DNA of 64,000 nt from Piromyces finnis finn (lineage: Eukaryota > Fungi > Neocallimastigomycota), in assembly GCA_002104945.1 (NCBI GenBank), contig MCFH01000012.1, positions 310,001-374,000 of the forward strand, read 5' to 3'. Shown here in pieces: positions 22,301 through 33,507 of this stretch (position 1 is its first letter; each line of letters opens with the position of its first letter). Under the pieces are notes generated by a model. It saw only the letters and a list, made by a program, of their open reading frames with translations. It was not told where the DNA came from and did not search any database. The translations under genes were made by a program, and so were the position numbers.

Positions 22301-25300
22301 CAAGGATAGCTTTAACTTTATCTCTATCCATTTTCAGACCATCTTTGGATAATACATAACCAAGAAAAGTGGTTTCTGAAACATCAAACTCACACTTCTC
22401 TAACTTTACATATAAATTATTTTCTAATAATTTTTTCAATACTTTTTTAACATGTTCATGATGCTCTTCTAGACTATTTGAGTATATTAGAATATCATCA
22501 ATATATGATATAGCAAAATCATCCAAATAATCACTAAGGACATCATTTATGAAATGTTGGAAAGTAGCTGGTGCATTCTTTAAACCAAAAGGCATGACGA
22601 GATATTCAAAATGCCCATATCTTGTTCTAAAGGCAGTTTTGTATTCATCACCCTCTTTGATTCTTACTAAATTATAAGCAGACTTTAAGTCCAATTTAGT
22701 AAAGTACTTTGCACCCTTCACTCTATCCAATAAGTCACCAATTAATGGAAGAGGATATGAATTTCTAATGGTCATATCATTAAGTTTCCTATAATCAACG
22801 CATAGTCTTAATGACCCATCTTTCTTTTTGACAAATAAAACTGGTGCTCCGGCAGGAGATGTAGATTTCCTAATGAAACCTTTTTCCAAATTTTCTTTAA
22901 TATAACATTTTAATTCATCTCTCTCTGCCTCAGTTAAAGGATAAAGAGGACCATAAAACAAGTTAGAATTATCCTTTAACCTGACTTCACAATCGTATTC
23001 ACGATGTGGAGGTAAAATATTACAATTCTTTTCATTAAAAACCTCTTTAAATAGTAAATATTGATTTGGGATTTCAACAGGCTTTTTATCTTTATTCAAA
23101 TTATTATTTTCAGTTTTACATTTATTAATAATATTACAAGATAAATCATTACAGTTACTAACGGAATTTAATACACAAAAATTGTTATTATTAAACACTT
23201 CTTTTGAAAATGAGTATTGTATTGGTCCAGTGACCGAATTATTATCTTTATTTAAATTATCATCAATACAATTATTATTATTACATGTACATTTAAAATT
23301 ACAATTATTATTATTATTATTATTATTATTATTGCTATTTAAACTATCACTAAATTTAATTTTATTACAACTATCTAAGTTACTAATGGTTTTAACAGAG
23401 GTTCTACGGCCCCTGATATTAACAGTTTCTTCGTCATCACTAGAGTCACAACAAAAGGATTCGTCATAGTCGGAAAAACCACGGTCAATGCAAGAGGATT
23501 GTTCATTTTCGTTATCCAAGGCAGCTTCTTTCCCTTTTCTTGATGATGGCATCGATTTCTTATCCATATTGGTTGTACCCTTATTTCTCCTTTTGCCTAC
23601 ATTACAGTGTCGAGCACAGTATCCGGAGCTAAAGGCAATTTTTGAGGAATCATGATAATAAACTGGACAATGTTTCTCAATCCAAGGTACTCCGAGAATA
23701 ATATCGACTTCGGGAATCCTTAACGAGTACAGTTGAATTACTTCGTAATGGTTCCTTAAACGGAGAATACACTTTTCGGATTCTTTTCTAACAGTGGAAT
23801 TACCTTGACCAAGACCAGAAACTTTAAATGGATTCCTGATATTGTAAAGCTTAATGTTATTAATTCTCGCAAATTCAGGATGAATAAAATTTAAATCAGA
23901 GCCGGAATCAATAAGGACTTTGACTTTCACTTCTTCCATATCGTTTGTTTTTATATAAAAATCGATGATGTTCTTCTTTTCACTTTTGTGTATTTTATAT
24001 AAGTTTGAATCATTCTCAGTAACATCTTTGGTTGGTTCAACGTAATTACTTCTGTGAGATGGGAAGTAATTTACGTTTCGTTGACCCTTGCTAATCCTAT
24101 ATAGGTCAACATCCATTGGATCGTCACGATTATAATTTCTTCTATCTTGGTGCGTCATATAATATTCGCTGATGTCATTTCTCTTAGTAAGATTTTCTAT
24201 GCTAAGGACATCAGAGTAGAGACGCTCTAGCTGAGTAGGATTTGGGTTGACTATTGCTAAATGTTCACTCATTTTTGGATGTAGGCCCTTTGTGAACATA
24301 TATATCTTCGCTGCTTCATTGAAATTAGAGTTTTGGCTAACGCGCTGAAATTCATTAATATATTCAAACACTTTGCCAAACTTTCTTTGTTTTATGTTGC
24401 AAAGTCTTCCATTTGCAACAATTGTGTCATTATTGGGATCCCCGAAATTGGTACGAAGGGCAGCAATAAATTGATCATAGTTTCTTAGAATGGCGTCGTT
24501 GTTCTGTCGTAAACGAGCGGCCCATTCTAAAGGTCTGTTAACAAAGTAAGATATTAAGAAGCGAACTCTCGCTTCATCATTAGCGAATCTATCAGGGTTG
24601 GCTTCAATGGCTAGTTCAACCCTGGTCAAGAACCCATCTAGTTCTTGTCTTTTTCCTGAGAAAGTTGGAGGATCATTAACTATCCCCAAAGACGCCCCTT
24701 GACGGTCCATATTTCCGTTTAAGTGGAGGTTAGATAAAAGTTGGTTTATTTCTTCCAGTATGTTTAATATTTACTTATTTAATTTTTTACAATATTTTAA
24801 TTAAGATGTCGTCGTAACTCTATCCTATCAAACGGTGTTAGACGAGCTCTTAAAATATAGTAACAAAATTAAATACAGTACAATAGTAGATGTTGGTGGA
24901 AGATTAAATAAAGTTGATCCACAATATATACAGGTACAATGATGGACGCGGTAGATATCTCTAAAGCAAAGTAGTCATTCTAAATGACACGGTAGCAATA
25001 CCAAAACGCGGTAGATAATCCTTTATTACGCGGTAGCAAATTTCAAAGTAAGGTAGAGAGTCCCTAAAACGCGGTAGTAAAAAAAATTTTATTAAATATG
25101 TTTTATTAAAAAAAATTTTATAACGTGTTTTATTAGAACAAAGGTAATTGTTATTGTAAAAGTTTTATAAACGTAAAACAGATTATAAAATTTTTTACAA
25201 TAAAACAACAACACAAAATAAAGAAAAAACAAGAAAATAAATTATATTTAAAAAAAAAATCTCTTTTATTGATTTTATTTAGTTATTAACTAAATAATAG

Positions 25301-25842
25301 TCAATAACAATTACATTGTTTTAATCAAGAAATTTTACATGTATTTATATTTTTTGTAAATTGTATTTTAATATACTATTCTATTTAATTATACATATAT
25401 TCAATATAAAATAAACAAAACTAATTTAATACTAATTTAATTAAATAATAAAATGAATAAACTAAACTAAAACTAATTAAATACACTTTTGATTCAATTT
25501 GCAGTTTACTCAAATTGAATACAGTCCATGTATTACCTATATATTAATTAAATATTAATAATACTATTTATTATATATTTATAATTAAAAATGTTAATTT
25601 CAAACTACGCTAAAGTTATTAAACTAATTTTAATTAAATAAAAACTTTTTAAGATTTAATTTGAATATTTATCCAAATTTCATTTCTAACTTTGATATTT
25701 TAAAATTAATCTTTATTTAATTATTCCATAAAATTTATACAATAAATTTTATAAACAATTTTTCATTAAAATATCAAAATTATTATTCAATAATTATTAA
25801 TTAATTATTAAATAATTTAAAGATATACTTTATATCTTTACA
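19304..25842 (-). mobile_element. Ty3/Gypsy chromovirus A2; LTRs 19304-20014 and 25155-25842; flanks do not match (probable recombinant)
   Basis: PPT 20016-20026 is the same as in A1; PBS 25144-25154 is complementary to 25304-25314; flanks are ACCCT versus GAATG; the LTRs differ by indels. Confidence 0.93.
20046..24710 (-). CDS. gag-pol: Single Gag-Pol ORF of A2 (capsid, PR, RT, RH, IN, divergent chromodomain); no CCHC knuckle
   Basis: 1554 aa; LIDSGS, YIDD, ETDAS, HHCC, D-D-E; collinear with A1 gag plus pol. Confidence 0.95.
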   Translation of the reverse strand: MDRQGASLGIVNDPPTFSGKRQELDGFLTRVELAIEANPDRFANDEARVRFLISYFVNRPLEWAARLRQNNDAILRNYDQFIAALRTNFGDPNNDTIVANGRLCNIKQRKFGKVFEYINEFQRVSQNSNFNEAAKIYMFTKGLHPKMSEHLAIVNPNPTQLERLYSDVLSIENLTKRNDISEYYMTHQDRRNYNRDDPMDVDLYRISKGQRNVNYFPSHRSNYVEPTKDVTENDSNLYKIHKSEKKNIIDFYIKTNDMEEVKVKVLIDSGSDLNFIHPEFARINNIKLYNIRNPFKVSGLGQGNSTVRKESEKCILRLRNHYEVIQLYSLRIPEVDIILGVPWIEKHCPVYYHDSSKIAFSSGYCARHCNVGKRRNKGTTNMDKKSMPSSRKGKEAALDNENEQSSCIDRGFSDYDESFCCDSSDDEETVNIRGRRTSVKTISNLDSCNKIKFSDSLNSNNNNNNNNNNCNFKCTCNNNNCIDDNLNKDNNSVTGPIQYSFSKEVFNNNNFCVLNSVSNCNDLSCNIINKCKTENNNLNKDKKPVEIPNQYLLFKEVFNEKNCNILPPHREYDCEVRLKDNSNLFYGPLYPLTEAERDELKCYIKENLEKGFIRKSTSPAGAPVLFVKKKDGSLRLCVDYRKLNDMTIRNSYPLPLIGDLLDRVKGAKYFTKLDLKSAYNLVRIKEGDEYKTAFRTRYGHFEYLVMPFGLKNAPATFQHFINDVLSDYLDDFAISYIDDILIYSNSLEEHHEHVKKVLKKLLENNLYVKLEKCEFDVSETTFLGYVLSKDGLKMDRDKVKAILDWPVPTNVKEVQSFIGLCNYYRIFIKDFAKIASPLHKLTRKNVPFNWASECQNAFVILKKAFTSAPILMNPDSNKPFIVETDASNFAVGAILSQEFEGQLHPIAFISSCLTKSQRNYQIYDKELLAIKVALEEWRHYLEGAKHQFVIYTDHKNLTFPRKPEMLSQRQIRWYEFLSRFDFKLIYRAGKKSGKPDLLSRRSDHICNDSNNNRINKNTECSNFSCNFISCNVINTFNKDDSLINSILCSLKNDDLYNKVCVFLNDKNSLSPPIRNINKVKINKEGFLLYDNLIYVPSSLRTRVLELHHDSISAGHFGVNKTIELISRNFWWPKFSYDVKKFIKSCETCCKAKVPRHKPYGLLSPLSTPNRAWSELSMDFIVELPKSKDMTTIMVVVDRLTKMAHFIPLRCLPTASIAADVFVNNIFKLHGFPDSIISDRGTQFTSDFWNRLCNLLNIKLAFSTANHPETDGQTERVNGILEQYLRCFINEKQNNWVDLLPFAEFAYNNTLQQSINQSPFFANYGFNQKFNPEIPSANRPNRAEQRILDINENIKFLKENLDQAKETYKKYADQKRMESPSFEVGKKVWLLKGINPSNKNVKRKLADQMLGPFEIIKKVSPLAFELKLPNNLRCHPVFHVSLLEPYNENEFINRSVINKRKNIKLTTDTIDRIPDKIIQERNYHGKKSFLMTWENLDENTWIPEDQISDIQLIQEFYRKNKKSRKESQDQVYTRNNNGMIRHRYQPFVIDIPSKK

Positions 25843-25937
25843 GAATGCTGTTTGTTGTTCTTTTAATATTTTCTTGAAATTTTCATCGTCTTTCATCACC
25901 AGTCAAACGGAGAGAGTGAACTCCGTTATAGAATAAT

Positions 25938-26554
25938 TGTAATGTTGAACACTAAAAGAATAGATTAAGATATCTATTCTGTTACAATAACACTAAAATT
26001 TTAAAATAAAATAAAAAATTGTTTTTTAAAAATTTCTTTTATTATAATAGAATTTTTAATAATAACAATTACATTGATAAAATGATGAAAAATATCTTCT
26101 ATTTATATTTTTCCTAAATACATTTATATTATATTATAACTATTTATTTCTTATATATTATTATTTAAAACCTACACTAAAATCTTAATTATTAATAAAA
26201 TATTTAAACTATAACTATTTTAGTAATATTAAATAGGCAATTCAAATCAAGTACTATTTAATTTGAATATGTGTTCATGTATTATTTATATATTAATCAT
26301 TTATTATTTATATACTATTCATCTTTTTCTATCAAAAACAATACTAAAACTAAGAAATTAAATTGAGAAATTTAATTTACATGTAAAACATTAAAAATAA
26401 ATTACCAATTTATTTTGTTTCAAACTTTAATTATTAATAAATAAATTATGTCTCATTTTCTTTTTCTGTAATAAAAATTGTGTAACTTAAACAATAATAC
26501 TTGTGGCTTAAGTTACATTAAAGATATCAAGGTGAGGCGTTTGATATCTTTACA
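25938..26554 (-). mobile_element. Solo LTR, family B (diverged copy, reverse orientation) in E1 integrase
   Basis: Ends GATATCTTTACA with the same double hairpin as 509-570; TSD ATAAT/ACAAT (one mismatch); splits the codons of VIEQYL. Confidence 0.88.
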
Positions 26555-27510
26555 ACAATACCTTAGATGTTTCTCTAACTACAAAGGTACAAATTGGAGA
26601 AAATACTTAAGCTTAGCAGAATTTAGTTATAATAATACAATACAAGATTCAGCTAAACAATCACCTTTCTTTCTAAACTATGGCTTTCACCTTAAACATT
26701 CTCCAATCATTCCTAACAAATCGAATGTTCCCCGGGTAGAAGAATTTACTACTGACTTTATACAATTAACTAAAAATTTAAAGGAAAATTTAATTGATTA
26801 AATTCAAATTCAGAATAAGTATGCTGATAAGCATAGAAGAAAACCCCCTGAATTTAAAGTTAACGACAAAGTCTGACTTGATAGCTCCTTAGTTATCCAC
26901 AAGGGAAATAAAAAGTTTAAACCAAGAAAGCTTGGTCCTTATAAAATTTTGGAAAAGATCTCAGAAGTTTCATTCAAATTGGATTTACCAAAATTTTTGA
27001 GAATCCACCCCGTTATACACGTCACCAATCTTGAACCCTACTTTGAAGACAAATTTGGACTTACTCAACCACCACCTATAACAATTGACGATGAAGAAAA
27101 ATATGAAGTGGAAGAAATCTTAGATAAAAGAAAGCATTACGGAAAAACTCAATATTTGATTAAATGGAAAGGTTACTCTCTTAACGAAGCTTCATGGGAA
27201 CCTGAGGAAAATTTAAACTATGATGAACTACTCCAAAAATTCAATAAAAAGAAATAATTATTAAATATATTTAAATATCTTAATTAAAAAAATTTATTTT
27301 ATACTTTAACTACATTGTATTTTATTATTAAATTTTATTCTTATTATTTTTTTTTAAAGAAAAGAAAAGAGAAGAGATATTAAAAAAACTTTTTATAATA
27401 AATCATAATATGTATTTCATTATTCATAGTGTACTAATTAATAAATATATAAATAAATAAATTTCACTCAATTATTTTATGATTCGTCTGGTATCCGAAT
27501 CCTTGAGGAG

Positions 27511-28798
27511 TGTAAAATATTTAATTTAAATCTAACCTTTAAAGTAAATTATTAGATTAAGGTCTGTACTACTCTATTTTTAAAACAAAACAAACAAACG
27601 AGACAACAACAGAAAAACTTCCAATTTGATTTTTTATTTATAAAATAACTTTACTCCTCTAATTTATGACAACTGCTGATTACTTTACCATGAAGGTTAT
27701 TTGACCAGAGCCTTCGTTAGTGTAAAGATATAATATATATCTTTAGATTATTTAATAATTAACTATTAATTATTAAATAATAAATTGATATTTATTAAAA
27801 TTAACTATGAAATTTTTAATATTCAATGGAATAATTTAATAATAAATTATTTTATAATAATTCCGTCAAAATTAAATAAAGATAAATATTTAAATTTAAG
27901 GAACAAAAGAATCTTAATTAAATTTAAATATTTCAAATATTTTAAATATTCATAATAACTTTAAATACTTTTTATTTAATTTTAGAATAGTTTAATAATA
28001 ATATACTTTCTTATTTAAATTTAGAATAGTTTAATAATTTTAACTGAGTTTTAAAAATAGATGTGTTTATATTTCAATAGGAAATATATTAAGAATAGTA
28101 TTGATAATATTAAATTAATTTATAGATAATACCTGAGCTTTATTCAATTTTGAGTTTACAATTGAATCGATGTAATTGTTATTTTATTTCTAACCATTAA
28201 TAAAGAAGATAATTTTTAAAAAAGAAACTCCTATTTTTATTTTATCGTGTGTTTAATTGTTTTATTGTTAAATATATAATCTGTTTTAAGATTAATATTT
28301 TACAGTTAGGTAACCAGGTTTTTTAAATAAGATAAAAATATGTTTTATGATAACTTTATTAATAATCTAATATTATTAATACTAATTAATCAATTATCAA
28401 TAATTACTATTTTCCAACTATCGTTTCAATAGTTGAAAAATTTTCTTTTTTTATACTTTTTAAATAAATTGAATTAATTCTAATATACATGTTTTAATAT
28501 TATAATTTTACATTGTTTACATTTATACATTTATTAAAAGAAATTATTTGTATTAAACTATTTAAATTCAATTTATTTAATAAAGAATTTTCTAAACTTA
28601 AAATAAAGTTTTGATTTATTTACTATATAGTTGATTATATTTCAAACATATATTTAACTTATTTATTTCTAATTTTGAGGCTTAGTTTATAAAAAAAATT
28701 TTTTATTATCTCAAATATTTATTGGTTAAAAATTATTTAATTTTAAAATTTTATTTTATCATCAAAAACTTTATCTTATCAATAAACTAAATTTTACA
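27511..28798 (+). mobile_element. 3' LTR of E1 (family C), interrupted by a solo A1 LTR
   Basis: Follows GATTCGTCTGGTATCCGAATCC and the PPT-like TTGAGGAG; TGTAAAAT...ATTTTACA ends; homologous to 7600-8271. Confidence 0.85.
27721..28304 (+). mobile_element. Solo A1 LTR with a ~165 bp internal deletion
   Basis: TSD GTTAG at 27716-27720 and 28305-28309; 584 bp versus 749 bp. Confidence 0.93.
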
Positions 28799-30866
28799 TA
28801 AATTTATGTTAATGTATTGTGATGTAAATTTTTTGTAAAATTTACGGTACATTAATTCAATGCATTATACATTATTCTACATACGTATTAAATAAATTAT
28901 TTAATTAATACAATATTTTACATACCCCTCTTCTTAAGTCGAGCCCCTGAGCGACTTGTGTTTAAGAAATTCTTGAATCATTTGAGGGTCCTCAATTTCA
29001 TCTTCTCTAAGCCAAAAACTTTCTGAAGGAAGATGATCTTTCCAAACCATAAAATAATACTTGATTCCATTGACAATTTTTTCACTAACTATTTTCAATG
29101 GAGTTCCTTCTACAGATGAATCAGTAGCGATATTTGGTATCTTGATAGAATGTTGAAAATTATCACTATTTTCTCTCTATATATAAGGTTCTAAATTCGA
29201 GATATGGAAAACAGGATGACATCTAAAAGATTCAGGTAATCTTAACTTATAAGAAACTGTTCCAGTCTTTTCGATGATTTCAAAATGTCCAAGTTTTTTA
29301 TCTGTTAATTTAGGAGGACCTTTAGGAAATAAATCAGGACGCTTTAACCAAACTAAATCACTGATTCTCAATTTCAGACCAATAAGTCTTATACAATCAG
29401 CATATTTCTTGTATCTTTGTTTAGCTTTTTCTAAGTTTTTCTTTAAAAATTTAATGTTGTTTTGCATTTGAGAGGCGTGACGGTTAGCACTTCTATTACC
29501 ACTATCAACTAGAATTTCTAAATCAAATCTTGGATCTTGACCATAGTTAACAAAGAAAGGTGTTTAGTTAATCGATTGTTGTAGTGTATTATTGTATGCA
29601 AATTCCGCATAAGGTAAAAGATTCATCCAGTTATCTTTTCTTTTATTGATATAACATCTTAAAAATTGTTCTAGAATACTATTAACTCGTTCAGTTTGAC
29701 CATCGGATTGTGGATGATGAGCACTTGAAACATTATGTTTAATATTTAATAGGCTAAATAAACGTTACCAAAATTCAGAAGTGAATTGCGTTCCTCTATC
29801 AGATATAATTTCGTCTGGCAATCCATATAATCGGAAAATTTCTCTAAAAAAAACATCTGCTGCAATTTGAGCAGTTGGAATCATTCTGAATAGGATAAAG
29901 TGAGCCATTTTTGTTAGCCTGTCAACCACAACCATTACAACCGTTTTTTGATGTGTTCTTGGTAAATCAGTTATGAAATCCATCGATACCGAGAATCAAG
30001 GTCTACTAGGAGTAAGTAGAGGTTGCAATAATCCATAAGATGGGGATTATCTTTAGCTGCACCACAAGTTTTGCAAGAAGCTATATTCTTTACTATATCT
30101 TGAGTCATATTTAACCAAATGAAATTTCTTTTTATTAATTCTTTGGTTTTGATAATACCAAAATGGCCATGAACAGGATTATCATGATGAATTGAAATTA
30201 TTTTTTCTCTCATTTTAGTTGGTACGAAAATTAATCCCTTATATAAAAGAATACCTTCATCTAATTTAAAGTTCTTCATAAGCTTTTTATACTTTTTACT
30301 TGCAATAGAGTTTCCTTGTAGAATCCTTGTTAATTCTTGTATTTCCGTATCTTCTTTAACTTCTTTGATTAAGTCTTCTTTAAGATTTCCTTGGATGGCA
30401 ATACAACATAAGTTTTCCTTAATTTCTTTTATAGTTAAGCAAGAAAATGTTTCTTCATCTTTAATCTCCTTATTTTGAAAGTCAGGTCTTCTTGAAAATG
30501 AGTCTGGTTTTCTTCTTTCTTTTCCTGGTCTGTATTGGAGTTTAAAATCGTAACGAGTTAGAAATAAATTCCATCGAATTTGTCTTTGAGATAACAATTC
30601 CGGCTTTCTTGGAAAGATAAGATTCTTGTGATCGGTAAACACAATAAATTGATGCTTAGCTCCTTCCAAATAATGTCTCCATTCTTTAAGTGCACATATA
30701 ACTGCTAATAATTCTTTATCGTAGATCGGATAGTTCTTTTCTGACTTAGTAAGTTCTCTTGAAAAATAACAAATTGGATGTAGTTCCTTATTGTTTAATC
30801 TTTGAGATAATACTGCACCAATTGCAAAGTCACTAGCATCAGTTTCCACTATATAGTGTAATTCTG
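28799..30866 (-). pseudogene. pol: 3' half of another chromovirus (E): RNase H, integrase, chromodomain, PPT and first ~124 bp of its 3' LTR (28799-28922)
   Basis: ETDASDFAIGA...HDNPVHGH...C..C, MDF...SDRG, HPVFHISNLEPY, then ...YYFMVWKDH...FWLREDEI. PPT AAGAAGAGGGG precedes TGTAAAAT. Frameshifted. Confidence 0.88.
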
Positions 30867-31644
30867 TGTAAAGATATAATATATATCTTTAGATTATTTA
30901 ATAATTAATTATTAATTATTAAATAATAAATTAATATTTAGTAAAATTAATTATAAAATTTTATGGAAAAAATTTAATAATAAATTATTTTATAATATTT
31001 CGTTAAAATTAAATTAAGATAAATATTTAAATTTAAGGAATAAAAGAATTTTAATTAAATTTAAATATTTCAAATATTTTAAATAATTAAAATATTTTTT
31101 TAAATATTTTTTATTTAATTTTAGAATAGAATATACTTTTTTATTTAAATTTAGAATAGTTTAATAATTTTAACTTAGTTTTAAAAATAGATTTGTTTAT
31201 ATTTCAATAGGAAATATATTAAGAATAGTATTGATAATATTAAATTAATTTATAGAAAATACATGGGCTTTATTCAATTTTGAGTTTACTCAAATTGAAT
31301 TAAAAGTATAATGAATTAGTTTTAGTTTAGTTCTTTTATTTTATTATTTAATTAGATTAGTGTTGTTTATTTTATATTAAATATATGTTTATTTAAATAG
31401 AATAATATATTAGAATATAATTATGGAAAAATATAAATACATGTAATTTTTGTTTATTAAATCGATGTAATTGTTATTTTCAATTTTTTTAATTATTAAC
31501 TATTATATAGTTAATAATATTTTTAAGAGTTTTAAATAAAATGATTTTTAAAATAAAAATTTAATGTTTTATTTTTTATTTTTGTGTTAATAAAAATTGC
31601 TTTGTTTTAAGTATAAAATCTGTTTTAAATTTTATACTTTTACA
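30867..31644 (+). mobile_element. A3-type LTR joining two different host elements (no TSD)
   Basis: TGTAAAGATAT...CTTTTACA; reverse-complement homologue of 2889-3683; flanks are TTCTG versus CTTTC. Confidence 0.88.
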
Positions 31645-32739
31645 CTTTCTCTACTATAAGGGCATTTAATATCTTCGAATTCATAATAAGGTTCTAAGAG
31701 AGAAACATGGAAAACAGGATGGCAACGCATAGTTTTAGGTAATTTCAATTTAAAGGAACTATACTGATTTGATCAATGATTTCAAATGGTCCAATAAGTT
31801 GTTGAGAAAGTTTTTTCTTAATACCAGAATTTGTAGACTCTTTTCGAAGATAAACTTTGTTACCAATTTTGAAAGCAGGGGGGACTGATCTTCTTTTATC
31901 AGCATATTTTTTATAAGTCTCTTTAGCTTTATTCAAGTTAGTTTGAAGTAGCTTTATATTCTTGTTTATGTCAATAACCCTTTGCTCAACTGAACTAGGA
32001 TTGTCGTTTGAAGGAATAATTGGATTAAATTTAGGGTGAAATCCGAAATTTGCGAAAAATGGTGATTGTTTCGTAGACTGTTGTAATGTGTTGTTGTATG
32101 CAAATTCGGCGAAAGGCAATAAATCTACCCAGTTGTTTTGCTATATTACATTCACCCTCTCCGTTTGACCATCGGTTTGAGGATGGTTGGACGGAGAATG
32201 GTTAATATCAAGAAGACCACAAAGTCTATTCCAAAATTCAGACGTAAATTGTGAACCTCGATCGGAGACAATGGAATCATGAAGTTTGAAAACATGAGTA
32301 ATGAAAGCGTCGGCAGCGATAGAAGATGTGGGAAGACATTGAAGAACGATAAAATGAGCCATTTTAGTATGGCGATCAACAACAACCATAATAGTTGTCA
32401 TATCGTGAGATTTTGGTAATTCCACGATAAAGTCAATTGAGATATCGGACCATGGTCGAGATGGTGTAGTAAGTGGCATAAGCAGGCCATAAGGTTTATG
32501 TTTTGGGACTTTTAAATTAGAACAAACAACACAAGAGCGAACAAATTTGTAAACATCAGAATTCAAAGAGGGCCAATAGAAGAAACGTTTGATTAACTCA
32601 ATAGTCATGTTGATACCAAAGTGTCCAGCAGTAATGGAATTATGGTGAAGTTCAAGAATGCGTAAGCGAAGTGACAGAGGAACATACAAAAGGTCTTTGT
32701 ACCAAAGGAGACCAGTATCATCACAGAGACGAAATGCAG
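31645..32739 (-). pseudogene. pol: Integrase part of old A-like element H2 (continues at 56663)
   Basis: YVPLSLRLRILELHH...SIDF...SDRG...TERV, HPVFHVSLLEPY; small deletions and frameshifts. Confidence 0.88.
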
Positions 32740-33149
32740 TGTAACGCGATTCTATATAAAGAATTTATTAATGTAGGAATTAATAATATTTATATAGAAA
32801 AATAAATTTTGTATTCCCTATAAGTCAATAAATTTATTTATTTAAAATAATTTTTTATTATTATTAAGTTTTTTAAAAATAAAGATTTAAATTTAAAAGT
32901 TAATAAAAACACAACTATTTAATTTTTGATTCACATCACTTCTATTTATACTTTTTCTAAATCTGATGTGGCTAAATTAAAAATTAAATTTTCTTTCTAA
33001 ATTAATTAAAAATTACATAAAATGAATCTCGTGATAAAAATACATAAAATATTTAATTTTTCGAATATTCGAACTTATTCTTTTTCGAATAAGTTCTATA
33101 AGTTTCTATGAGTCATAAATTGTTAAATAAATAATTTAAAATAAATTTT

Positions 33150-33221
33150 GGATCAAGGTGTGAGTCGAACCCGGGTGATCCAGATTAATGTCTTAAATAC
33201 TAACCATTAAGACAATATTAA
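33150..33221 (-). promoter_or_regulatory. tRNA-like Pol III A-box/B-box cassette in U3 of the D LTR (3' copy)
   Basis: A-box-like TGTCTTAATGG at 33204-33214 and B-box-like GGTTCGACTCA at 33161-33171, starts 43 nt apart; each has one mismatch to consensus; no full cloverleaf. Confidence 0.6.
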
Positions 33222-33507
33222 TTTTCTAATAGATTCATTCGTTACATGGTCCTCCTCCAGGATTCGGATACCAGACGAATCTTTGGGTTCATTTTATGTT
33301 TTATTAAATTAATTTTTTAGGTTATATAACTACTATATACTTAAACTATACTAATTGAATTACAATAAAAATAATTTTTTTTATATTATACATTTGATAT
33401 TAAATACATGCTTAAAGTAAATTTAAAATTTAAGAAAATAAATTTTTTTTTTAAGAATAAAATTAAAAATAAAATTAAAATAAATTAAAATAAAGTTTCC
33501 GTTGAAA

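Larger units (their letters stand above)
9030..28798 (+). pseudogene. pol: Old chromovirus E1 (D-like) broken into pieces: 9030-9636, 16521-16972, 18421-19303, 25843-25937, 26555-27257; PPT about 27501-27510; 3' LTR (family C) 27511-28798
   Basis: Pieces join in order: SNYCLSHC...YDPIYPLT|[10 protein letters not shown]...YIDEII|I...ETDSSNFA...VLRPENF || HQSNGESERVNSVIE|QYLRCF...[25 protein letters not shown] (chromodomain). Junctions carry TSDs CTTAC, ATCAT and A(T/C)AAT. Confidence 0.88.

Noticed and set aside
509-31644. TGTAA...TTACA-bounded AT-rich repeats read as MITEs or DNA transposons
   Set aside because: The A and C types also flank gag-pol regions with PPT or PBS, and they have 5-bp TSDs and TG...CA ends, so they are solo LTRs. 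B is assigned by shared termini.
33150-33221. Functional tRNA gene
   Set aside because: No acceptor or anticodon stem can be formed; kept only as a tRNA-like promoter cassette.
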